Positions 5,913 through 12,101 of a stretch of 12,101 nt of DNA are shown piece by piece. The notes below the pieces were generated by a model, which searched no databases, was not told the origin of the DNA, and was given only the letters and a program-made list of their open reading frames with translations. Location: assembly GCA_964507075.1 (NCBI GenBank), contig CAZDOL010000010.1, forward strand, positions 12,095-24,195, given 5' to 3'. This DNA comes from an uncultured Gammaproteobacteria bacterium (GTDB lineage: Bacteria; Patescibacteriota; Patescibacteriia; UBA2591; UBA6264). The position numbers and the translations under genes are program-made. Numbering within the stretch: position 1 is the first letter of the stretch; the number at the start of each line of letters is the position of its first letter.

Positions 5913-7611
5913 ATTCAGCTACTCGAAAAATTTCATCAACACTTGTAATTCCATCTATGGCCTTTAATAATCCGTCTTGAACCATAGTAATCATCCCTTG
6001 TTTTTTTGCCAACTCTCTGGCCTTGTATTCAGATAAATTCTCTTCTAAAATCATTTTCTCTACTGGCTGATCAATGACAAAAACTTCGTAAATACCAATT
6101 CGCCCATGATAACCCAACCCTTGACATTTGGGACATCCTTTCCCTTGATAAAATTTAAGATTATCTATATCAATTTTTGTGTCTGCAGATTCTGGAATAT
6201 CGGCCAAAAGAGCCTTAACCCTTGCTATCTTCTCTGCATCCAATTGAATCTCTTCTTTGCATTGTTCACAAATGCGCCTAACTAAACGCTGACCAATAAT
6301 AGCATTTAAGGCAGGAGCCAAAAGAAAAGGCTTTACCCCCATAGAAAGAAATCTGGGCAAAGCTCCAGCAGCATCATTAGTGTGCAAAGTAGAAACAACT
6401 ATATGCCCTGTCAAAGCTGCCTGAACAGCAATATCCGCTGTTTCAGAATCCCTTATCTCTCCCACCATAACTACGTCAGGATCTTGTCGTAAAATGGAAC
6501 GCAAGCCTTTAGCAAATGTATAATCTTTAGATTTTTGAACCTGGCTTTGATTTATCCCTTTTAATCTATATTCTACAGGATCTTCTAATGTAATAATTTT
6601 TGTTTCTTCATCATTCAATTTATTAAGGATAGCGTATAAAGTTGTTGTTTTGCCAGACCCAGTAGGGCCAGTAGTAACAATCATACCATTGGGGCGCTCT
6701 ACTTCTTTCTTTAAAGTATCATAAGCTCTACCCCTTAAGCCCAAATCATCAAAGGCCAAACCAGCAGCCGAAGAACGAAGTAAACGCATTACCACACTTT
6801 CCCCATAAGAAGTAGGAAGACACGAAACCCTAATGTCTATTTTCTCTTTTTCTAGATCAATAACAAAACGTCCATCTTGAGGACGACCAATAACATTTAT
6901 CTTTAAACCTGATAATAATTTAATTCTAGAAATAACTTGCGACCAAAATTTTTTATCTAACTCGGCCACATCCACTAAAATTCCATCAATTCTAAACCTA
7001 AACTTGATTCCATCTTCTTCGGCTTCAATATGAATATCTGAAGCTCTAGATTTAACCGAACTAGCCATTATTAGGGTGATTAAATTAGAAATATCTGTTT
7101 TTTGAACTTCTCTGTTTAGGTCCTTAAAATCTTTGATTTTATTTTCAAAATCTTTAAATTTTTCTAAACTAATTTTAACGCCCTTAGTGGCTTCTCTAAT
7201 TTTAGGTAATAAATCATAACGTTTGATAGCAAAATTCAAGCTTTGTTCTGATATTAAATAAAGCTCGGTTTTAATTCCATGAGCCGCCTCTAAATGAACA
7301 CAAAATTCTCCCAAAGAAACATTTTCTACTTGGGGAGAAGCTAATTTAGCAATCCGTTCAGTTCTATAAAAACAAATTGCTTGATAATTCAGGGCGTCTT
7401 CCTTGGGAATTAACCTCAGTGCTTCGGGAGAAATTGGAAAATCAACCAAATTGATATAAGACAAACCCAATCTGCGCGCTTTAGAACTGATTCTTTCTTC
7501 AATTTCTTTATCTTTAATGCCTGATAATCTATCTTTCAGTTGTTCTTGCTTATCATCTAAATTTAGATCTGAAGAATCACCGTAATTTAATAAATCATCT
7601 ATATTTAACAT
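5911..7611 (-). CDS. pilB: Type IV pilus / type II secretion assembly ATPase (PilB/GspE family).
   Basis: 566-aa ORF. N-terminal T2SSE_N-like region. Walker A GPTGSGKTTT, Asp box ITLEDPVE, Walker B VVMVGEIRD, His box TGHIVVSTLHTN, and a tetracysteine motif (CEQC...CPKC) followed by GRIGIYE. The symbol is family-level only. Confidence 0.9.
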   Translation of the reverse strand: MLNIDDLLNYGDSSDLNLDDKQEQLKDRLSGIKDKEIEERISSKARRLGLSYINLVDFPISPEALRLIPKEDALNYQAICFYRTERIAKLASPQVENVSLGEFCVHLEAAHGIKTELYLISEQSLNFAIKRYDLLPKIREATKGVKISLEKFKDFENKIKDFKDLNREVQKTDISNLITLIMASSVKSRASDIHIEAEEDGIKFRFRIDGILVDVAELDKKFWSQVISRIKLLSGLKINVIGRPQDGRFVIDLEKEKIDIRVSCLPTSYGESVVMRLLRSSAAGLAFDDLGLRGRAYDTLKKEVERPNGMIVTTGPTGSGKTTTLYAILNKLNDEETKIITLEDPVEYRLKGINQSQVQKSKDYTFAKGLRSILRQDPDVVMVGEIRDSETADIAVQAALTGHIVVSTLHTNDAAGALPRFLSMGVKPFLLAPALNAIIGQRLVRRICEQCKEEIQLDAEKIARVKALLADIPESADTKIDIDNLKFYQGKGCPKCQGLGYHGRIGIYEVFVIDQPVEKMILEENLSEYKARELAKKQGMITMVQDGLLKAIDGITSVDEIFRVAE

Positions 7612-7625
7612 AATAAAAATGTTAA

Positions 7626-8492
7626 TTAATTTTCAAGAATTAACCTGGCTTCTTTTATTAATTTATCTAACTTGTCTTTAGTAATCCCCGTTCTAATGCT
7701 TAATTTTTCTATTCCTTGAGACAGAAGTTGACTGGCCAGAATAACATTTTGCGAGAATAATCTCTCGGTTGAAATCTTATCTAAATGTTTTAAAATGGTA
7801 ACTGGGTAAAATTTTTTGTTCTCTATTAAACGATTAAGGCTTTTGTCTGTGGGATATTGCCAGCCCAATAGTTTAATATTTCTGCAGCTAGCGTATTGAA
7901 TGGCTGATTTAGAAAATTTTGTGTTTGATATTAACCAAGGGCGACTAAACCCTTTTTCTTTAAGGTCATCAAATCTGGCCCAAAGACAAAGAGCGTCCTT
8001 AAGGTCAGTTTTGATCCCAGGAGCATTGTGATACTTGCATTCTATTAAATACTTTTCTTTTTCTTGTTGTTTGCTGGATGTTATGGTAGCTACGGCATCC
8101 ACTTCGTGACTAACGCAACGCCCCATCAAAATAGGAGGACAATGAGCTTGATAATCATAAACCTTTAAAAGAAGGACAATAAATTTTTCAAAAATAAATC
8201 CACTAGGACCTAAGCCGAGCATAGCCTCTTTTAGGGCATAACGAGCCGAAGTTAATGGACTTAATTTTTCCAACAAGTTCAAAATTAAACGCAATATTTT
8301 TCTGGTAGACATTCCATCTCTGACTTGAGCCGAAACTAAACTCTCAATCTTCAAAGCTAATTTCCTGTCAGCTCCTGCCCGTAAACATGTTCTTCTAATT
8401 TTAAGAGAATTAAATTTAGCCTTTTGACCCGAGGCCTTAACTACATACATAAGCGCTTCGCTTAAATTTATTATTTTTTGCTTCAAGTCCAA
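7626..8492 (-). CDS. ATP-cone domain fused to an Mrr-like PD-(D/E)xK nuclease domain.
   Basis: 288-aa ORF. The N-terminal ~90 aa (VVKASGQKAKFNSLKIRRTCLRAG...STRKIL) look like an ATP-cone. The core has D132 (HEVDAVA) and E151-x-K153 (YLIECKYH), as in Mrr_cat restriction-endonuclease folds. The C-terminus is helical. The start at 8492 is TTG; an ATG at 8450 (MYVVKASG...) is an equally plausible start. The stop lies 14 bp upstream of the pilB start. Confidence 0.7.
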   Translation of the reverse strand: MDLKQKIINLSEALMYVVKASGQKAKFNSLKIRRTCLRAGADRKLALKIESLVSAQVRDGMSTRKILRLILNLLEKLSPLTSARYALKEAMLGLGPSGFIFEKFIVLLLKVYDYQAHCPPILMGRCVSHEVDAVATITSSKQQEKEKYLIECKYHNAPGIKTDLKDALCLWARFDDLKEKGFSRPWLISNTKFSKSAIQYASCRNIKLLGWQYPTDKSLNRLIENKKFYPVTILKHLDKISTERLFSQNVILASQLLSQGIEKLSIRTGITKDKLDKLIKEARLILEN

Positions 8493-8535
8493 AGAAATTG
8501 TACTGATAGGGTTTGAATTTCTTCACTCTTGCGCA

Positions 8536-8591
8536 ACCCTGTTAAATAAAATCTTCGATTTTAATTTGCTTTGCAAATTATTTAACAGGGT
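8536..8591 (+). repeat. Repeat family B, copy B1: a 56-nt hairpin element.
   Basis: ACCCTGTTAAATAA (8536-8549) pairs perfectly with TTATTTAACAGGGT (8578-8591). An inner TTTGC/GCAAA stem surrounds TTT. It is 54/56 identical to 11218-11273, and looser homology extends to about 8515-8645. Confidence 0.9.
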
Positions 8592-8647
8592 AACGATTTT
8601 GTTACTAAAATTTATTCGCTAAACGCTCCAAATTTTAGGCAAAATCA

Positions 8648-10003
8648 TTAATTATACAACCTTTCTTTAATTAAATCTATTTCTCTTTTTATTTTAACAT
8701 CCTTGTCAACTGCTGATTTTATTTTATCATAAGCATGCATAGCAGTAGTATGATCTCGTTTCCCTAATTCCTTACCAATAAAAGGGAAAGAAGCGTTTAT
8801 TTCTTCTCTCATTAAATACATAGCTATTTGGCGAGGCACTACAAATTCTTTTTTACGAGAAGAACTAATCATTTTAGCTACATCTAATCCATAAAAATTC
8901 GCTACTGTTTCAATTAATTGTTTTGGATGAATAAAGCCCGTTTTGGGCCTACTCTTCAAGGTGTTTAATATATTTTTGACCACGTCTAGCGTCAATTCAG
9001 TTTGGTGAAATTCATAATTGGCGATTAATTTGTTTAAAGCTCCCTCTAGCTCGCGAACATTATTCTGAACATGGGTGGCTAAATATTCTAAAACTTTATC
9101 TTCCAAAACACACTTCCTTTCTTTGCATTTTGATTTTAAAATAGCTATTCTTGTTTCTAGTCCCGGCGGGGCAATATCGGCAATTAAACCCCATGTTAAA
9201 CGAGAGGTTAATCGGTCTTGTAAAGCTGGAATTTCTTTTGGGGGTCTATCAGAAGCAATAACTATTTGCCTTTCCTCTTGATATAAGGCATTAAAAGTAT
9301 GAAAAAATTCTTCTTGAGTTCTCTCCTTGCCTGCCATAAACTGAATATCATCAATCAAAAGAATTTTCAAGTGGCGATAAAAATTTTTAAATTTTTCCAT
9401 TGTCCCATTACCAATCGCTTTTATAAATTCATTAGTAAACTCTTCGGCATTAGTATAAAACAACTTAGTCTTTGGATTTTTCTTTAGAGCCTCCTGTCCA
9501 ACTGCTTGCAATAAATGAGTTTTACCTAAACCCACTCCGCCATAGATAAACAAAGGATTATATTTTTTGCCCAAATTCTTGCACACCGCTTGACAAGCTG
9601 CATGGGCTAACTCTGATCCTTCCCCAACCACAAAATTTTTGAAAGTATATCTTGGATTTAATCCATGATTATTTTCAACATTAACTTGGGTCTCTTCTTC
9701 AGAAGGAGATATTTTAGCTATATTCACTCTTGGCTCTTCTTTGACTCCGCTTGACTCAACCTTATAAACTACATCCTCCACCTTGTCCTCTGTTGCCCCT
9801 CGTAAAGCTTCTAAAATATGTTTGTGATACTTCTTTTCTAACCAGCTCTTAGCAAAACTATTTGGAACTGCGATTACTATTAATTTATTATCATTTTTTA
9901 TTTCTAAAATATAAGTACCCTGAAGCCATGTTTTAAAATTGGCTTTAGAAATCAAAAGTTCTAACTCTGATAAGACTATATTCCAAATCTGTTTTCTTTC
10001 CAT
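8648..10003 (-). CDS. dnaA: Chromosomal replication initiator protein DnaA.
   Basis: 451-aa ORF, ATG to TAA. N-terminal IWNIVLSELELLISKANFKTWL. Walker A GGVGLGKTHLL, Walker B LLIDDIQF, the sensor region, and the C-terminal DNA-binding signature GKRDHTTAMHAYDKI. Confidence 0.97.
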   Translation of the reverse strand: MERKQIWNIVLSELELLISKANFKTWLQGTYILEIKNDNKLIVIAVPNSFAKSWLEKKYHKHILEALRGATEDKVEDVVYKVESSGVKEEPRVNIAKISPSEEETQVNVENNHGLNPRYTFKNFVVGEGSELAHAACQAVCKNLGKKYNPLFIYGGVGLGKTHLLQAVGQEALKKNPKTKLFYTNAEEFTNEFIKAIGNGTMEKFKNFYRHLKILLIDDIQFMAGKERTQEEFFHTFNALYQEERQIVIASDRPPKEIPALQDRLTSRLTWGLIADIAPPGLETRIAILKSKCKERKCVLEDKVLEYLATHVQNNVRELEGALNKLIANYEFHQTELTLDVVKNILNTLKSRPKTGFIHPKQLIETVANFYGLDVAKMISSSRKKEFVVPRQIAMYLMREEINASFPFIGKELGKRDHTTAMHAYDKIKSAVDKDVKIKREIDLIKERLYN

Positions 10004-10264
10004 ATAATAAATTAATATTTATCCCCTTTTCTTTATAATACTATACCACAACTATACTACAAAAAAATAATTACGGTAAGTTAATAAAATGTTAACAAAC
10101 TGTGAACAATCTAGTATATTAATAATATTACAAATATCTAATATTTACAACCCAAACATACTATTGCTAAAGTAATTAAGAATTGTTATAATGGATAATT
10201 AAACACTTAAGTAAACAAATAATTAAAATATTCTCAGATAACTAATTACCTAATTAACTAATTT
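10004..10264. other. Divergent dnaA-rpmF control region; candidate oriC.
   Basis: A 261-bp, very AT-rich spacer. Only degenerate DnaA-box-like 9-mers are present: TTATCCCCT (10019-10027), TGTGAACAA (10101-10109) and AATGGATAA (10190-10198), each 7/9 to TTATCCACA/TGTGGATAA. Gene orientation diverges here. There is no perfect box. Confidence 0.3.
10164..10192 (+). promoter_or_regulatory. Candidate extended -10 promoter for rpmF.
   Basis: TTGCTA (10164-10169), a 17-nt spacer ending in TGt (TG at 10184-10185), then TATAAT (10187-10192), about 72 nt upstream of the rpmF ATG. Confidence 0.4.
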
Positions 10265-10549
10265 ATGGCTTTACCAACACAAAAAAGATCAAAATCTCGT
10301 CAAAAACGGAGACAATATCAATATCGCCTCAAAAAAATATATTTATCTATTTGCCCTAAATGCAAAAAACCAAAACAGTCTCATCAGGCATGTCCTTTTT
10401 GCGGAACATATATGGGCAAAGAAATAATAAAACTAAAAACTAAAAAAAAGGATAAAAAGATGAACAAAGAGACAAAAAATCAGAAAGATAAAAAAGAAAA
10501 AAAGATTGAGAAAAAAGAAAAAGATAAAAAAGAAAAAAAGAAAAAATAG
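10265..10549 (+). CDS. rpmF: 50S ribosomal protein L32 (zinc-ribbon form) with a long Lys/Glu/Asp-rich C-terminal tail.
   Basis: N-terminal MALPTQKRSKSRQKRR and CPKC-x11-CPFC match bL32. Residues ~56-94 are KLKTKKKDKKMNKETKNQKDKKEKKIEKKEKDKKEKKKK. Confidence 0.9.
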   Translation: MALPTQKRSKSRQKRRQYQYRLKKIYLSICPKCKKPKQSHQACPFCGTYMGKEIIKLKTKKKDKKMNKETKNQKDKKEKKIEKKEKDKKEKKKK

Positions 10550-10557
10550 GTATTTAG

Positions 10558-10615
10558 GTAATCGGGTAATCGGGATACCCAATCCCCAATCCCTAATTAA
10601 CCAATTAACCAACTA
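10558..10615 (+). repeat. Run of short tandem repeats in the rpmF-nusB spacer.
   Basis: GTAATCGG x2 (10558-10573), then CCCAATCCCCAATCCC, then AATTAACC x2 and AAC. Read directly from the sequence. Confidence 0.8.
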
Positions 10616-10617
10616 AT

Positions 10618-11199
10618 ATGTCTCAAAGACGCTTAGCTCGCACTATGACTTTGCAGGTTTTGAGTGAATGGGATTTCAACAAATCTATGATTTTTAAGGA
10701 TGTTGATATACAAGAAATCATTCAACGCAACCTTAAAGAATTCTCCTCACTGCATCCCTTGACTTCCCGCCCGCCTTTGACTGAGCCAAAAGCGATGTCG
10801 GGCGTGGCTCGTCTGTCTTTGACTGAGCCAAAAGCGACATCAAACAGGTCGTCAAAGCGAAATCAAATAGGTTCTGATTTTCAAGAAAAACTTTTTTTTA
10901 AACAATTGGTTCAAAATATTTTAAAAAATATTAAAAAAATTGATTCTTTTATTATACAATACGCTCCTCAGTGGCCTATTGAAAAAATAACTCTCGTGGA
11001 CAGGAACATTTTAAGAATAGGGGTATTTGAACTACTAATCTCTGCCCAAACTCCTCCGAAGGTTATCATTAACGAGGCCATAGAAATAGCTAAATTATTT
11101 GGCAGTGAAACATCCAGTAAATTTATTAATGGTGTGTTGGGGGCTATTTATGAAAAAATGAAGGACTTTGCCCAAAATTCTGAGGCAAAGCCGAAATAA
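10618..11199 (+). CDS. nusB: Transcription antitermination factor NusB carrying an internal insertion of ~40 aa.
   Basis: 193-aa ORF. N-terminal RRLARTMTLQVL. C-terminal half has NILRIGVFELL, VIINEAIEIAKLFG and KFINGVLG, typical of NusB. Residues ~43-85 have no counterpart in the ~140-aa canonical protein. Confidence 0.9.
   Translation: MSQRRLARTMTLQVLSEWDFNKSMIFKDVDIQEIIQRNLKEFSSLHPLTSRPPLTEPKAMSGVARLSLTEPKATSNRSSKRNQIGSDFQEKLFFKQLVQNILKNIKKIDSFIIQYAPQWPIEKITLVDRNILRIGVFELLISAQTPPKVIINEAIEIAKLFGSETSSKFINGVLGAIYEKMKDFAQNSEAKPK
10756..10858 (+). repeat. GC-rich intragenic repeat block inside nusB.
   Basis: A perfect 21-nt direct repeat CTTTGACTGAGCCAAAAGCGA at 10775-10795 and 10817-10837. 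The 42-nt period equals 14 codons (LTEPKA...LTEPKA). A partial third copy CTTGACT lies at 10758-10764. Internal complementarity: GATGTCG (10794-10800) with CGACATC (10835-10841), GGCTC with GAGCC, and CTTTGAC with GTCAAAG. Confidence 0.85.
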
Positions 11200-11217
11200 T
11201 TTTGGTAGCGAAACTTC

Positions 11218-11273
11218 ACCCTGTTAAATAAAATCTACGATTTTAATTTGCTTCGCAAATTATTTAACAGGGT
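11218..11273 (+). repeat. Repeat family B, copy B2: a 56-nt hairpin element.
   Basis: Identical to 8536-8591 except T>A at 11237 (an unpaired bulge) and T>C at 11254 (the apical loop). Both stems are fully conserved. Flanking homology extends to about 11205-11333. Confidence 0.9.
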
Positions 11274-11336
11274 ACTCAAATTTATAACGAAATTTTCTTC
11301 GTTACTTCGTAACTCGTAAATTTAGACAAATTTGGT

Positions 11337-12032
11337 ATGAATAATTTACTTGAATTTGAAAAAAAAACAAAAACAAATTTTAATGACAAAAATTTGCTTA
11401 AGCAAGCTCTGATACATCGTTCCTATATAAATGAACATCCCAAATCAAATCTTAAAAACAATGAAAGATTAGAATTTTTAGGAGATGCTGTTTTAGAACT
11501 AATTATAACTAAACTATTATTCAAAAAATTTCCAAGCAAACCTGAGGGAGAATTGACTTGCCTGCGAGCCAGCTTAGTTAATGCTAAATCCCTGGCTAGA
11601 ATCTCAGCTAAATTAAAAATTAATAAGTATCTCTATTTAAGCAAGGGCGAAACTAGATCTATAAATCGCCAAAAAGATGCCATTCTAGCAGATGCTTTTG
11701 AGGCTATAATCGGAGCTATCTACTTAGATCAAGGGATGGAAAAAGCAGAGAAATTCATCAAACAAAATCTATGGCCCCAGTTAGATATGATTTTAAAACT
11801 AGAATTATATTTAGATCCAAAAAGTCATTTACAAGAAATTACTCAAAAAAAGTTTAAAATCACCCCACATTATAAAATAATAGAAGAAAAAGGTCCTGAT
11901 CATTTCAAAAAATTTATTAGTGGAGTCTTTTTGGAAAAAAAATTAATCAGTACTGGAGAAGGCAATAGTAAACAAAACGCAGAGACGGATGCGGCCAAAA
12001 AAGCATTAAAAAAAATAAAAACCAAAAATTAG
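11337..12032 (+). CDS. rnc: Ribonuclease III.
   Basis: 231-aa ORF. RNase III signature NERLEFLGDAVLEL, the second catalytic block DAFEAIIGAIYLD, and a C-terminal dsRBD (DPKSHLQEITQKK...GEGNSKQNAETDAAKKAL). Confidence 0.95.
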   Translation: MNNLLEFEKKTKTNFNDKNLLKQALIHRSYINEHPKSNLKNNERLEFLGDAVLELIITKLLFKKFPSKPEGELTCLRASLVNAKSLARISAKLKINKYLYLSKGETRSINRQKDAILADAFEAIIGAIYLDQGMEKAEKFIKQNLWPQLDMILKLELYLDPKSHLQEITQKKFKITPHYKIIEEKGPDHFKKFISGVFLEKKLISTGEGNSKQNAETDAAKKALKKIKTKN

Positions 12033-12047
12033 AAATTATTCAATAGT

Positions 12048-12101
12048 ATGTATCTTGAACGTTTAGAACTAATTGGATTTAAATCTTTTGCTAAAAGAAC
12101 C
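12048..12101 (+). CDS. smc: Chromosome segregation protein SMC. First 18 codons only; the gene runs off the right edge of the window.
   Basis: The ATG at 12048 opens MYLERLELIGFKSFAKRT, the conserved SMC N-terminus (LxLxGFKSF). The rnc-smc adjacency is common in bacteria. The assignment rests on only 18 aa. Confidence 0.6.
   Translation, partial: MYLERLELIGFKSFAKRT

Noticed and set aside
9075-9487. The + strand ORFs 9075-9281 and 9299-9487.
   Set aside because: They are antisense to the AAA+ core of dnaA and are shadow ORFs.
8536-11273. Family B repeats considered as a CRISPR array or as intrinsic terminators.
   Set aside because: There are only two copies, 2.7 kb apart and separated by genes, with no spacer periodicity and no cas genes. 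Neither strand has a U-tract directly after the hairpin, so the canonical terminator model does not fit.
1-12101. Possible alternative genetic code (UGA reassignment), because no gene here ends in TGA.
   Set aside because: All 13 genes give full-length, motif-complete proteins under the standard code with no in-frame TGA to read through. Exclusive TAA/TAG use is expected from AT bias in a sample this small.

Overview
The window is AT-rich and densely packed with housekeeping genes. Short proteins, low-complexity in-frame inserts and lysine-rich tails suggest a reduced-genome, CPR/Patescibacteria-like bacterium; that taxonomic call is inference only. All ORFs read through in the standard bacterial code, and every stop visible here is TAA or TAG. 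Left to right: a 5'-partial AlkD-like DNA alkylation repair gene (-); a lycopene-cyclase-domain membrane protein (-); a RAYT/IS200-like HUH Y1 transposase (-); a small M23 peptidase (-); tsaE (+); valS (+); a PilB/GspE secretion ATPase (-); an ATP-cone::PD-(D/E)xK nuclease fusion (-); dnaA (-); a divergent AT-rich spacer that is a candidate oriC; rpmF (+); nusB (+); rnc (+); and the first 18 codons of smc (+). What stands out is the repeat content, which is high for so compact a locus. (A) A GGGGAC-N-GTCCCC palindrome brackets the transposase in inverted orientation and recurs upstream of valS, with a degenerate fourth copy inside module A1. Two of these copies sit inside a ~100-bp module placed directly 5' of two unrelated genes. 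(B) A 56-nt hairpin element occurs twice, identical at 54 of 56 positions, with about 130 bp of looser flanking homology. (C) A nested ~170-bp palindrome fills the valS/pilB convergent gap and carries a bidirectional terminator. (D) A GC-rich, internally repeated block of ~115 nt is inserted in frame into nusB. The ATP-cone-nuclease fusion sits 14 bp upstream of pilB and directly downstream of dnaA; it is the most interesting protein-level candidate. None of this could be checked against databases here, so all family assignments rest on motifs read by eye.
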